Positions 20,796-31,174 of a stretch of DNA of 64,000 bases are shown piece after piece. Made by a program: the position numbers and the translations under genes. Position 1 is the first letter of the stretch. The number at the start of each line of letters is the position of its first letter. The DNA lies in NCBI GenBank assembly GCA_963740355.1, contig CAVUDW010000002.1:832001-896000 (forward strand), read 5' to 3'. The notes under the pieces were generated by a model. That model searched no databases. It had not been told where the DNA came from and worked only from the letters and a program-made list of their open reading frames with translations. Source of the stretch: an uncultured Gemmatimonadaceae bacterium. Lineage in GTDB: Bacteria > Gemmatimonadota > Gemmatimonadetes > Gemmatimonadales > Gemmatimonadaceae.

Positions 20796-22199
20796 TCACG
20801 CGTGCACCATCTTCCCCATCGAGTCGAGCACCGCTTCGGCAATCGCTTCCGAGAGGGTCGGATGGGCGTGCAGGGCGAGATCGATCTCTTCCACGGTGAA
20901 TTCATTCTCACGGGCGACGACGATCTCGTGAATCAGTTCCGTCGCGTGCGCGCCGACGATGTGTGCGCCGAGGATCTCGCCGTACTTCTCGTCCCGGATG
21001 ATCTTCACGAAGCCATCCGTCTCGCCTGACGTGCGTGCGCGACCGTTGGCCGAGAACGGGAACTTGCCGACCTTGTAGGCAACGCCCTTCGCCTTCACCT
21101 GTTCTTCGGTGAGGCCGATCGACGCCACTTCCGGATGACAGTAGGTGCAGCTGGGGATGTTGCCGTAGTTCACCGGGTGGAACGGCTGTCCGCCCAGCAT
21201 GTCGGCCAGCACATGCCCTTCGCGTGACCCCTTGTGGGCCAGCATCTGGTTGCCGGCCACGTCGCCGATGGCGTAGACGCCCTTGACGTTGGTCTCGAAC
21301 TTCTCGTTGATGGCGATGAAGCCGCGATCGGACTTCTTCACGCCGAGGGCCTCGAGTCCGAAGCCGTCGGTGTTGGCGGCACGGCCAGCGGCGACGAGCA
21401 CCTTGTCGACCGTCAGCACACGCGGCTGCCCGCCGGCTTCGAACGACAGCGTCACGCTGTTGGCCTCGACCTTGGCCGCCGTGATCTTGGCGCCGGTCAC
21501 CGACTCGATGCCACGCTTCTTGAACGCGCGGGCCAATTCCGCTGATGCGTCGGCATCCTCGATCGGCAGGATGCGCGACGCGACCTCGATCAACGTCACC
21601 TCGGTGCCGAAGGCGTTGAACACATCGGCGAATTCCACGCCGACGGCGCCGGCCCCGACGACCGCCATCGTCTTCGGCGCGGACTCGAGTACCAGCACCT
21701 CGTCCGAGGAGAGTACGGTGGTCTTGTTCAGTTCCAGCCCGACCTGCGGCAGCCCGCGCACGCGCGAACCGGTCGCAATCACGAGCGCCTTCTTCGAGGT
21801 GTGTGATTCCACGGTGCCATCGGCCGCCTTGACCTCCACGGTGTTGGCAGCCGTGACACGGCCATTCCCGCGGATGTAGGTGACCTTGTTCTTCTTCAGC
21901 AGGAATTCGACGCCCTTCGAGTTCTGCGTGCTGACGCCGCGCGAACGCTTCATCGCCGGCCCGAAATCGAAGCTCAGCGGTCCAGTCGTGATGCCATGTT
22001 CGGCCGCATGCTTCACCTTGTTCGCGACCGACGCGCTTTCGAGCAGCGACTTGGCCGGAATGCAGCCCCACAGCACACAGGTGCCACCCAGCGCTTCGCG
22101 CTCGATGACGGCCACCTGAAGGCCAAGCTGCGCACTGCGAATGGCGCAGACGTACCCGGCGGGGCCGCCGCCGAGGATGATGACGTCGAACGATGCCAT
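20796..22199 (-). CDS. lpdA: Dihydrolipoyl dehydrogenase (E3)
   Basis: GGGPAGY, GGTCVLWGCIPAK redox disulfide, HAHPTLSE. Confidence 0.96.
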   Translation of the reverse strand: MASFDVIILGGGPAGYVCAIRSAQLGLQVAVIEREALGGTCVLWGCIPAKSLLESASVANKVKHAAEHGITTGPLSFDFGPAMKRSRGVSTQNSKGVEFLLKKNKVTYIRGNGRVTAANTVEVKAADGTVESHTSKKALVIATGSRVRGLPQVGLELNKTTVLSSDEVLVLESAPKTMAVVGAGAVGVEFADVFNAFGTEVTLIEVASRILPIEDADASAELARAFKKRGIESVTGAKITAAKVEANSVTLSFEAGGQPRVLTVDKVLVAAGRAANTDGFGLEALGVKKSDRGFIAINEKFETNVKGVYAIGDVAGNQMLAHKGSREGHVLADMLGGQPFHPVNYGNIPSCTYCHPEVASIGLTEEQVKAKGVAYKVGKFPFSANGRARTSGETDGFVKIIRDEKYGEILGAHIVGAHATELIHEIVVARENEFTVEEIDLALHAHPTLSEAIAEAVLDSMGKMVHA

Positions 22200-22370
22200 G
22201 ACGATCTCACGTAGAGGATCGGGCGCCGGCTGGTGCCGCGCCGCGGAAAGCCATTCCGTCACGGAGTGGCTTCGCTGAAAGATGCCCGGTTTGTCCAGTC
22301 GGCTCCAGTGTGCGACTCAGTGGTGGCTGCGGTCGAGGGAGCCCGCCACGCCGCAGACTGCTGAAAGCGG

Positions 22371-23876
22371 CTACGCGAAGGGCACCAGCAGCAGCACGAC
22401 AACGAGGGTGACCAGCGTGCCGGCGAGTGCGGCGCGCGCCCAGGTGCTCTCGAACGCCCGACGGTAGGCCGCCACGGTCCATGGGGCAATGCCAACGGCC
22501 AGCAACCAGCTGTGGAAGGCCGGTGCGATGGTCAGGTCTCGGATGCTCGACCAGGCGCCCGAGAGCCCACTGATCCGGCCACTCTCGAGATAACTGATGC
22601 GCGACACCCCACTCCACGCGGCGCCGTACTCGAGGCCGAATTTTGCCAGCAGCAGGAGCATCGGGACGGCGAGGCCCCACCAGAGCACGAACCACGCGGT
22701 GAAATGGCTCGCGAACACCAGCTCGGCATAGTCATCGCGCCGCTGGTACGTGCGCGTGGCCGCCACGACCGCGACCACCGCAAACGCCATCAACGGGAGC
22801 CAGAGCAGCGGGACGTAATCCAGTGCCGTGGCCACGTCTCGCAGCAGGTCGGGCGGCGTATCGATGGCGAGGTTCACGGGGGCCTGTCCGGCGACACCCG
22901 CTGTCACTTCCGCCGTGCGGTCACTTCCGATCATCAGCGCGCGGTCGGGGCGCGGACGCAGGCTGCCAAGGCCGCTGATGACGGCAAAGGCGACGAGTGT
23001 GACGATCGCGATCGCGACCGGCCCGAAGTAGCGCCTGCGCTGGCCAAGGATGAAGCTTGCCGTCAGTTCACCAGGCGCGAGCACGAGCGCACCCACTGTC
23101 CGCAGCGCCCGACTGTCGCTGTCGAGAAAAGCAGCGAGCACGTCGTGCCAGACACCTGAGCCGGCCGCCTGCGCGGGCACAGCGGTGTCATGGCCGCACC
23201 GCGTGCAGGTGTCGCCATGGACAACAGCCCCACAGCGCGCGCATTCCTGCGGTGCGACACTCGGCGTGAGCGGGGGCTTCCGCTTCGGCCAGAGCACGTT
23301 CCGGCCTTCGGTGCGGGCAAAGTTCGCGGCTGGCGGATCGGGGAAATGCTTCGGTGGCCGCAACTCGGTGACCGCGATCGCCGGTGGCTTGGCAGGCGAG
23401 GGCCTCGATGTGCTCGGGGCCGCTGGCTCCATCGTCACGGTCGCGATGGGTTCTGGACTGACGCTGGCTTCGCTCTCAGGCTCAGCCGTGATCACATCGC
23501 TGTCCAGCGGCGTGTTGAGCATCAGTTCGTGCAAGGCCCGCCCCGCGAGATACACGGGCACTTCCACCGCGCCCGGCTGATCGAGCCCTGGAATGAGCTC
23601 GGTCTCGGCGTTGGGTGGTTCCGACGCTGCACCGCGATGCAACTCGGAGGGGATCGCCTCACCGGTCTCAGGCGTGAGGCGAATCGTCAACTGCTCCCAG
23701 CGGTGTTCTGGCGGCGCTGAGCGGGACAGCGGGTGCGCCAGCTCCTCCTCGTTCAGGTCCAGCAACGACGCGAGCGAGAAGGGGCGAGGCGCGACGTCCG
23801 TGGTGGGTGCATCGTGGCCCGCGGGAGCGTCTGGCTCGTCGCGGGCTTCTGATGTCGGCGGTGATTCAAGCGCCAT
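22371..23876 (-). CDS. DUF3667-like membrane protein with Pro-rich N-terminus and zinc ribbon
   Basis: CARC...CTRCG, then DSRALRT...PGELT..F..GQRRRY.GP and several TM helices. Confidence 0.65.
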   Translation of the reverse strand: MALESPPTSEARDEPDAPAGHDAPTTDVAPRPFSLASLLDLNEEELAHPLSRSAPPEHRWEQLTIRLTPETGEAIPSELHRGAASEPPNAETELIPGLDQPGAVEVPVYLAGRALHELMLNTPLDSDVITAEPESEASVSPEPIATVTMEPAAPSTSRPSPAKPPAIAVTELRPPKHFPDPPAANFARTEGRNVLWPKRKPPLTPSVAPQECARCGAVVHGDTCTRCGHDTAVPAQAAGSGVWHDVLAAFLDSDSRALRTVGALVLAPGELTASFILGQRRRYFGPVAIAIVTLVAFAVISGLGSLRPRPDRALMIGSDRTAEVTAGVAGQAPVNLAIDTPPDLLRDVATALDYVPLLWLPLMAFAVVAVVAATRTYQRRDDYAELVFASHFTAWFVLWWGLAVPMLLLLAKFGLEYGAAWSGVSRISYLESGRISGLSGAWSSIRDLTIAPAFHSWLLAVGIAPWTVAAYRRAFESTWARAALAGTLVTLVVVLLLVPFA

Positions 23877-23898
23877 TGCACCCCATCGGGAATGTCGA

Positions 23899-25218
23899 TC
23901 AGTACACCAACATCAGTGGATTTTCGATCAGGCGACGCAAGGTCTGCAAGAACTGTGCACCCAAGGCTCCATCGATGACACGGTGATCACAACTCATCGT
24001 GACACGCATGCGCTTTCGGACCTCGACGGCGCCGTTGACCACGACCGCCTTGTCCTCCACCGCGCCGACGGCGAGGATCGCCGCCTCGGGGGGATTGATG
24101 ATGGCCGTGAATTCATCGATCCCGAGCATGCCCAGATTGCTGACGGACATGGTGGCCCCGGTGTACTCGTGCGGTTGCAACTTTCGCTCGCGGGCCCGCT
24201 TCGCCAACTCGCGCGCTTCCTTGCTGATCGCCGACATTCCCTTGGTGTTGGCGTCGAAGATCACGGGAGTGATCAGTCCTTCCGGAATGGCCACCGCCAT
24301 GCCGACGTGCACGCGGTGATGCTGCCGGATCTTGTCGCCCATCCAGTGGCTGTTCACCTCGGGATGCTGCGTCAGCGCGACGGCGACCGCCTTGAGGATG
24401 ATGTCGTTGACGCTGACCTTGAATTCGGGACCGATTGCGGCCATTGCGGCCCGCATGTCGGTGACACGGGCCAGGTCATACTCGGCCGTGAGATAGAACG
24501 TCGGCACCGGCCCGATCGACTCGGCGAGGCGTCGAGCGATCGTCTTGCGGATCTGTGTCAGCGGTGCGTCGGTGAAGTCGGCCGCCGACACGCTTGGTGC
24601 CGCCGGACGTGCGCCGGCGAGCATGGTCGCGCCGCCCGCCATCGCCTCTTCCACGTCGCGCTTGATGATGCGACCACCGGGGCCCGACCCACGAACCTGC
24701 CCGATGTCGAGCCCGCGCTCACTCGCCATCCGACGCGCGAGTGGTGACGCGATCAATCGCCCGCCGGTATCGCTGGCGTGTGACGGCTGTTCCGAGGGAT
24801 GATGATCGACGTGTGGCATGACCGTGCGCGGCGCGGCCGACGCCACGGGTGCAGCGGGTGCGGCAGCGGGTGTCGCGCTCGGCGCTGCGGCGGCCGGCGC
24901 GGCAGGTGCTTCCGCTGGTGTGGGGGCCGCCGCGGCTGGTGCCGGTGCGGCACCACCGACCAACGCGGCGATGTCTTCGTCGGCCGATGCGATCACGCCA
25001 ATCAGCTGCCCCACTGGCGTCGTCGAATTTTCGGGAATGAGGCGCGCACGCAGGACACCGTCCCCACGCGCGACCAGTTCCATGATGGCCTTGTCGGTCT
25101 CGACTTCCGCGAGCACGTCGCCGCTCTTCACGACGTCGCCCTCGTTCTTGTTCCACTTCACCAGGCGCCCCTCTTCCATGGTCGGAGAGAGCGCTTCCAT
25201 CATCACCTTAGTAGCCAT
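23899..25218 (-). CDS. pdhC: Pyruvate dehydrogenase E2 dihydrolipoamide acetyltransferase
   Basis: Lipoyl domain VETDKA, E3-binding ASPLARR, catalytic SCDHRVIDG. Confidence 0.95.
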   Translation of the reverse strand: MATKVMMEALSPTMEEGRLVKWNKNEGDVVKSGDVLAEVETDKAIMELVARGDGVLRARLIPENSTTPVGQLIGVIASADEDIAALVGGAAPAPAAAAPTPAEAPAAPAAAAPSATPAAAPAAPVASAAPRTVMPHVDHHPSEQPSHASDTGGRLIASPLARRMASERGLDIGQVRGSGPGGRIIKRDVEEAMAGGATMLAGARPAAPSVSAADFTDAPLTQIRKTIARRLAESIGPVPTFYLTAEYDLARVTDMRAAMAAIGPEFKVSVNDIILKAVAVALTQHPEVNSHWMGDKIRQHHRVHVGMAVAIPEGLITPVIFDANTKGMSAISKEARELAKRARERKLQPHEYTGATMSVSNLGMLGIDEFTAIINPPEAAILAVGAVEDKAVVVNGAVEVRKRMRVTMSCDHRVIDGALGAQFLQTLRRLIENPLMLVY

Positions 25219-25242
25219 CGTCAGTGTTCCGGCGGAGTGGGA

Positions 25243-26223
25243 TCAGTCGAGATAGAGCGCGCGGCGGACCGCGGCGATGGTCTTCGGCAGGTCGGCCTTG
25301 GCGGCCTTCTCGAGCCCCTTGGCGTACGGCATCGGGGCGTCGGCCTGTGTCACGCGGAGCACGGGTGAATCGAGATCGTCAAAACACTCGCGCTGCACCA
25401 GATCCGTGATCTGCGCGCCCACGCCGGCGAAGTACCAGCCCTCCTCCAGCACGATACAGCGATTGGTCTTCTTCACGCTGTCGATGATCGCGCGCTCGTC
25501 GAGTGGACGAATGCTGCGCAGGTCCACCACGTCGATGGTGATACCATCCTTCGCCAGCTGGTCGGCCGCTGCCATGGCGACCAGCACCTGCTTGCCCCAT
25601 GTGACGATGGTGGCGTGTTCACCCTTGCGCTTCAGGTCAGCCACGCCGAGCGGCACGATGTATTCGCCGTCCGGTACTTCGCCCTTGTTGTTGTAGAGCA
25701 TCTCGCCTTCCAGCACGCACACCGGATTGTCATCGCGGATTGCGGCCTTCAGCAATCCCTTCGCATCGTACGGCGTGCCGGGTGCGACGACCTTGAGCCC
25801 CGGGATGTGCGCCAGCCAGCTTTCCCACGCCTGGCTGTGCTGCGCGCCGAGCTGCAGCGCCGCACCGTTCGGGCCGCGGAAGACCATCGGGATGTTGAAC
25901 TGGCCACCCGACATGTAGAGCATCTTGGCGGCCGCATTCACGACCTGGTCGAGTGCCAGCAACGCGAAGTTCCACGTCATGAACTCGATGATCGGACGCA
26001 GGCCGACCATCGCGGCACCGACACCGACACCGGCAAATCCCAGCTCGGTGATCGGCGTATCGACCACGCGCATTTCGCCGAATTCCTGCAGCAATCCCTT
26101 CGAGACCTTGTATGCGCCTTGGTACACGCCGACTTCCTCACCCATCAGGAAGACGCGTGCATCACGCTGCATCTCTTCACGGAGCGCCTGGTTGAGCGCG
26201 TCGCGATATGTGATGATGGCCAT
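25243..26223 (-). CDS. pdhB: Pyruvate dehydrogenase E1 beta subunit
   Basis: DTPITELGFAG, EFMTWNF, GAQHSQ. Confidence 0.95.
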   Translation of the reverse strand: MAIITYRDALNQALREEMQRDARVFLMGEEVGVYQGAYKVSKGLLQEFGEMRVVDTPITELGFAGVGVGAAMVGLRPIIEFMTWNFALLALDQVVNAAAKMLYMSGGQFNIPMVFRGPNGAALQLGAQHSQAWESWLAHIPGLKVVAPGTPYDAKGLLKAAIRDDNPVCVLEGEMLYNNKGEVPDGEYIVPLGVADLKRKGEHATIVTWGKQVLVAMAAADQLAKDGITIDVVDLRSIRPLDERAIIDSVKKTNRCIVLEEGWYFAGVGAQITDLVQRECFDDLDSPVLRVTQADAPMPYAKGLEKAAKADLPKTIAAVRRALYLD

Positions 26224-26226
26224 GGG

Positions 26227-27294
26227 TCAGCTCCACCCGCCAGCAGCGCTGACCGTGTCGGAGGTGGTGTCGACGTACACGTTTTCCATCAGCGCTTCCA
26301 GTGGCGGTTCGGGGCTGGCCTCGGCGAAGTCCCATGCGTCCTGCACGATCGCCTTGATCTCGGTGTCCAACTCCTGCATGACCGGCTCGGTCAGGGTGCC
26401 ACGTTCTTCCATGTGCGCGCGCAGAAGTGCGATTGGATCGCGCTTCAGGTACTCGTCGAGTTCTGCCTTGCTGCGGTAGGTGCCGCTGACCGCGTCGGAC
26501 ATCGAGTGGCCCATGAAGCGATAGGTGCGCATCTCGAGCAACGTGGGGCTCTGCTCAGTACGGGCGCGACCGACCGCCTCTTCAATCGCGGCCCGCACGG
26601 CCAACACATCCTGTCCATCCACCACGCCGCGGTGCATGTCGTAGCTGCCGGCGCGCTGGTAGATGTCATTGATCGCAGAGGCGCGCTCGACGGAGGTGCC
26701 CATGCCGTAGCGGTTGTTCTCGATGATGAAGATCACGGGCAGCTTCCAGAGCGCAGCCATGTTGAGCGACTCATGGAAGGCACCGTTGTTCACGGCCGCT
26801 TCACCGAAGAAGCAGCAGATCACCTGATCGCCACCGCGATACTTGATCGCGAAGCCGACGCCGGTGGCAATCGGCAGGTGACCACCGACGATGCCGTGTC
26901 CTCCAAGGAAGCCCGTCTCCTTGTCGAACATGTGCATCGAGCCGCCCTTGCCGCCGGCGCAGCCATCGACACGGCCGAACAGTTCCGCCATGATCGACCG
27001 CGGCGTCATGCCACGGGCCAGCGCCTGGCCATGGTCACGGTAGGTCGTGATCATGTAGTCGTCGGGCCGCAGATGACTCAGCGTGCCGGTGCTGACGGCT
27101 TCCTGGCCGATGTAGAGGTGGCAGAAACCACCGATGCGGCCGATGGCATATGCCTCGGCGCAGCGCTCTTCGAAGCGACGCTGCAGCAGCATCGAACGGA
27201 GCAGGGACAGGTGCAACGTGCGCTCGGCATCTGGTGCCGGAGCGGACGCAGCGGGCTTCGACGATGCTTTCGCCGTGGAGGGGCGCTTTGCCAT
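26227..27294 (-). CDS. pdhA: Pyruvate dehydrogenase E1 alpha subunit
   Basis: GFCHLYIGQEA, GKGGSMH, TPP motif GEAAVNNG...ENN, YRFMGHSMSD. Confidence 0.95.
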   Translation of the reverse strand: MAKRPSTAKASSKPAASAPAPDAERTLHLSLLRSMLLQRRFEERCAEAYAIGRIGGFCHLYIGQEAVSTGTLSHLRPDDYMITTYRDHGQALARGMTPRSIMAELFGRVDGCAGGKGGSMHMFDKETGFLGGHGIVGGHLPIATGVGFAIKYRGGDQVICCFFGEAAVNNGAFHESLNMAALWKLPVIFIIENNRYGMGTSVERASAINDIYQRAGSYDMHRGVVDGQDVLAVRAAIEEAVGRARTEQSPTLLEMRTYRFMGHSMSDAVSGTYRSKAELDEYLKRDPIALLRAHMEERGTLTEPVMQELDTEIKAIVQDAWDFAEASPEPPLEALMENVYVDTTSDTVSAAGGWS

Positions 27295-27450
27295 GGAGAT
27301 GTTGCGACAGTGGGTTGAACGACGAAGTCACGATGCCACCGGAGTGGCTCGTGATGTCTGGACGCTCCCTACTGTGAGCGTTGCGAGGCACGAAGAGCGA
27401 TGCGGCGCCTCGACTACTCCGAGGCACCGACCGGACCTACCTGAACGACT

Positions 27451-28362
27451 TCAGTTGACTGCGGCGGCCTGTACCTGCTCCCAGGCGTGGTACGACGACC
27501 GCACCAGCGGACCACTTTCCACGTGCCGGAAGCCGAGCGACATGCCGACTTCCCTCAGGTGCCGGAACTCGTCCGGCGTGTAGTACCGGTCGAGGGCGAT
27601 ATGCCCTTCCGACGGCTTGAGATACTGGCCGAGCGTGAGGATGTCGACGTCGACCGACCGCAGGTCTTTCATGACCTCGATCACTTCCTCGATCGTTTCG
27701 CTCATGCCAAGGATGATGCCCGTCTTGGTGAGGATGTCCGGCGCATGTGCCTTTGCGATGCGGAAGATGTTCATCACCCGCTCGTAGCGCCCACCGGGAC
27801 GCGCCTTCTTGTAGAGGCGCGGCACCGTTTCGGTGTTGTGGTTGTAGATCTCAGGCCGTGCATCGAGCACATGCTCGACCGCACTCCGCTCGCCCTGAAA
27901 GTCCGGCACCAGCACCTCGACGGAGCAGGTCGGGACCTTCTCGTGAATCAGGCGAATCACTTCGTGGAAGTGATGCGAGCCAAAATCGGGGAGGTCGTCG
28001 CGATCGACCGAGGTGATGACTGCATGGCGCAGGTTCATCTCGGCGACGGCGGTGGCGACCTTCTCCGGTTCGGCCAGGTCGTAGCTGGGCGGCCGGCCGT
28101 GCGACACGGCGCAGTAGGCACAATTGCGCGTGCAGACATCGCCGAGGATCATGAACGTGGCGGTGCCGTGGTCCCAGCACTCGCCGATGTTCGGGCAGTG
28201 CGCTTCTTCGCAGACGGTATTGAGTCCGAGTTCCCGCATCATTCCCTTGATGCGCAGATAGTTCTCGCCGCCCGGCGCTTTGACCTTCAACCAGCTTGGC
28301 TTGCGCTCAGGCAGGGGCTCGGCGCGGTGGCGTCCGAGGATCTGGTACAAACGATCTTCCAT
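27451..28362 (-). CDS. lipA: Lipoyl synthase
   Basis: CEEAHCPNIGEC, radical SAM CTRNCAYC, RSSYHA. Confidence 0.97.
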   Translation of the reverse strand: MEDRLYQILGRHRAEPLPERKPSWLKVKAPGGENYLRIKGMMRELGLNTVCEEAHCPNIGECWDHGTATFMILGDVCTRNCAYCAVSHGRPPSYDLAEPEKVATAVAEMNLRHAVITSVDRDDLPDFGSHHFHEVIRLIHEKVPTCSVEVLVPDFQGERSAVEHVLDARPEIYNHNTETVPRLYKKARPGGRYERVMNIFRIAKAHAPDILTKTGIILGMSETIEEVIEVMKDLRSVDVDILTLGQYLKPSEGHIALDRYYTPDEFRHLREVGMSLGFRHVESGPLVRSSYHAWEQVQAAAVN

Positions 28363-28556
28363 GATCCGACGTCCGGGGACATCGTCTCGAGCGGGACGGG
28401 AGCGCCGACAATACGCCGCTCTACCGCCGTCGCGCCGAGGCGCAGTCCGGTGTGGGGAAGAAGGTAGACGTCGGCGAATGTCAGGGGAAGATGCGGTAAC
28501 CTGTTAATACAGCTATGACGGTTACTGCCGGATTTCCCACTGAAACCGAGCCTGGC

Positions 28557-29642
28557 TCAGGCAAACCGTAACGGGCTGAAGGGGGTTGGATCGGTTGGTG
28601 GCGCCTGTCCGGTGACCACGGCGGCGACCATCGCCCCCGTCAGCGGGGCGAGCAGGATGCCGTTCCGCCCGTGACCGCAGGCGTAGATGACCGAGGGGCA
28701 TTCGGCATCGGCGCCGATGATCGGCAGGCCGTCGCGCGTCATGGGGCGCAGGCCGGCCCAGGTGCTCAGCATGCCCGCCGAGCCCAGGGATGGCAGAATG
28801 GCGGCCGCGAGGGCGCGGATCCGTTCCTTGCCGGCCTCGGTGTGGGCGGCGTCAAAACCGGTGCTTTCCTCGGTGCCGCCGAGGATCGTGCGGCCATCGC
28901 CGCGGGGAATGACGTAGCCGTCGCCGAGCATGACCACGTGGCGGAGGGCCTTGCTGGCGACCGACATGAGCTGGCCGCGCATGGGCGAGACCGGGAGATG
29001 CATTGGGAGCCCGACAATCGCCCCGGACCAGGCGCCGCCGGCGACGACGACGCGCATCGCCGACAGCGTCGAGCCGTCACCGACGGTGAGGCTGACCGCC
29101 TCGCTCGGCTTACCGGTGCTGATGGCCGTCACGGTCTGGGGGACGACGCGGACGTGCACGTGCCGCCCGACGGCCTGCTTGAGCGCCTTCAGCAGGACGA
29201 GCGGATTGACGGCGCCGTCGTGCTTGAAGCGAAGGGCGCCCTGCACGTGGGTGAGCTGGGGTTCGAGGGTCGTCAGCTCGGCGGCGTCCAGCCACTCGAC
29301 ATCGTCCGTCGCGAGACGCCGCATCCGTTCCGCTTCGTGAATCGACGGAGCGAGCTCGAGCACGCCATCACGGTTCAGCGGGATCGCGACGCCGGTACGC
29401 TCGGTGAGCGTGGCGGTGAAGGCTGGCCAGAGGTCGCGGGCGGTGCGCATCAGGTCGCGCGTATCGGCATCCGCAAATCCATGGCCGGTATCGAGGATGC
29501 CGCCGGCTGCGGGCGACGCCTCGCCCGCGCGGGCGTCGGCGAGCAGCACGACATCGAGACCGGTATCGGCCAGCGCCAGCGCGGCGCACAGCCCGGCGAC
29601 GCCGGCGCCAATGACGGCGATATCAGCGCTGGAGTGTGTCAC
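28557..29642 (-). CDS. Glycine oxidase ThiO-like FAD-dependent oxidoreductase
   Basis: GAGVAG, ASPAAGG, WAGLRP, GHGRNGILLAP; GTG start at 29642. Confidence 0.85.
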   Translation of the reverse strand: MTHSSADIAVIGAGVAGLCAALALADTGLDVVLLADARAGEASPAAGGILDTGHGFADADTRDLMRTARDLWPAFTATLTERTGVAIPLNRDGVLELAPSIHEAERMRRLATDDVEWLDAAELTTLEPQLTHVQGALRFKHDGAVNPLVLLKALKQAVGRHVHVRVVPQTVTAISTGKPSEAVSLTVGDGSTLSAMRVVVAGGAWSGAIVGLPMHLPVSPMRGQLMSVASKALRHVVMLGDGYVIPRGDGRTILGGTEESTGFDAAHTEAGKERIRALAAAILPSLGSAGMLSTWAGLRPMTRDGLPIIGADAECPSVIYACGHGRNGILLAPLTGAMVAAVVTGQAPPTDPTPFSPLRFA

Positions 29643-29744
29643 GGTGTATCTGTGGTAGAGGGCATGCAGGGAAATATCGCCGGGCCCGAAACTCCCAGCC
29701 GGCACCGTGCGTAATCTGGGCAGGACTTCCCGGAGGGGGATGAA

Positions 29745-29951
29745 ATGCTGAAGACGATCTTCACAATTGGTGTGCTCGCGTTGCTCGGCCTGTTCGCTTT
29801 GAAGCTGATCGGCGTGCTGTTTTTCCCGCTGATCGGACTGGCGGTCAAGATTCTGTTGATTGGCGCCGTGGTGTACGGCGTCATGCTGGTGGTGGCGCCG
29901 GGGGCTGCGCGTCGCCTGCGAGACAAGGTCAATTCGCCGCGCACGTACTGA
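29745..29951 (+). CDS. Small two-helix membrane protein (68 aa)
   Basis: Strong GGAGG RBS, hydrophobic sequence, followed by a terminator. Confidence 0.75.
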   Translation: MLKTIFTIGVLALLGLFALKLIGVLFFPLIGLAVKILLIGAVVYGVMLVVAPGAARRLRDKVNSPRTY

Positions 29952-29969
29952 GTGCGTCGCTGGCGTGCG

Positions 29970-30008
29970 CGAAGGGCGGACCGAGGGTGGTCCGCCTTTC
30001 GTGTTTTT
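29970..30008 (+). terminator. Intrinsic terminator
   Basis: CGAAGGGCGGACC / GGTCCGCCTTTCG stem followed by a T-tract. Confidence 0.75.
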
Positions 30009-30052
30009 GCGCTGCACCGTGCACGGCAAATCGCAGTGGCACTGGCGCGGAA

Positions 30053-31147
30053 TTAGCGCGAACGGCGCGCGGCGATGCCGCGGTCGATGGCGGCGAGCGT
30101 GCCGCGCGCGGAGTGTGCCCACGAGTATTTCGCGGCCTGCATCGCGCCGGCGCGCACCAGCACACCGCGCAACTCGGGATCGTCTAGCAGCCGCGTGACC
30201 TGCTTCGCGAGTGCGGTCGGGTTGTCGGGGGCGAAGTACAACACGGCGTCGCCACCCACTTCCGGCATCGTGCTGGCGTTCGAGCAGATCACCGCGCCGC
30301 CCACCGTCATCGCCTCCAGCACCGGCAAGCCGAAGCCTTCGTATCGCGAGGGGAAGACCAGCGCCGTGGCGCGCGCATACAGTGCCGCAAGCTCGATGTC
30401 GGTGACGAAGCCGGCATGGCGCAACCAGTGCGGCAGCGTGTCGCCTGGCTTGTAGCCGTGAATGCCGCGTGGACCGCAGAGCACCAATGGAATCGCGCGC
30501 CCCGCCGCATCCAGCACACGCATCGCCTCGTATAACACGCCGAGATTCTTGCGCGGCTCCTGCGAACCGACGGCGAGCAGGAAGGGACCGTGGACGTCGA
30601 GGCGCGCAAGAATCGGGTCGGCCAGCGCCGTGTCGGCCGCACGGAAATCATCCGCGGCATGCGGCACCACGCTGATCTTGTCCGTCGTGACACCGAACGT
30701 CGCCATCAACTCCTCGCCAGCCTTCGTCGCGCCGGTGATGACATGATCGGCCACCCGCAAGGTGTGCGTGTACCGCAGCTTCGCGCGCAGTCGCTTGTAC
30801 ACCTTCCACCACCGGCCGTCGAGCTGCAGCATCGGGAAGAGATCGTGCACGGTTGGCACGATCGCACCGGAACGTGGGCGGTGTGTGACGAAGTTGCATG
30901 GATACCACGCCGCATCACACTCGATTCCGGACATCGCACTGGCTGGCAACACCGTCGCACGCTCCATCACGTGTGGCAGCAACGCCAGCTGCTCGCTCAG
31001 CGCCGCGACATCACCCTGATTCTTCGCAAAGATCGAATAGCGCAGTTCGGGGCGATGCACCGGCATCTCGGCCAGCAGGCTTCGCGCGTACCGACCCATG
31101 CCGCGCAAGTTGCGCGTGAGCGCGATGGCCTCGACGGCGAGATGCAT
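30053..31147 (-). CDS. GT4 (group 1) glycosyltransferase
   Basis: TVHDL, EPRKN, FPSRYEGFGLPVLEAM. Confidence 0.92.
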   Translation of the reverse strand: MHLAVEAIALTRNLRGMGRYARSLLAEMPVHRPELRYSIFAKNQGDVAALSEQLALLPHVMERATVLPASAMSGIECDAAWYPCNFVTHRPRSGAIVPTVHDLFPMLQLDGRWWKVYKRLRAKLRYTHTLRVADHVITGATKAGEELMATFGVTTDKISVVPHAADDFRAADTALADPILARLDVHGPFLLAVGSQEPRKNLGVLYEAMRVLDAAGRAIPLVLCGPRGIHGYKPGDTLPHWLRHAGFVTDIELAALYARATALVFPSRYEGFGLPVLEAMTVGGAVICSNASTMPEVGGDAVLYFAPDNPTALAKQVTRLLDDPELRGVLVRAGAMQAAKYSWAHSARGTLAAIDRGIAARRSR

Positions 31148-31174
31148 CCGTGATGTGCGCTCGACGGCGGTGCG

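Noticed and set aside
17782..27318. Long antisense or overlapping ORFs (e.g. 17782-19296, 23593-24747, 25615-27318)
   Set aside because: Shadow frames of well-supported genes in high-GC DNA, with no recognisable motifs
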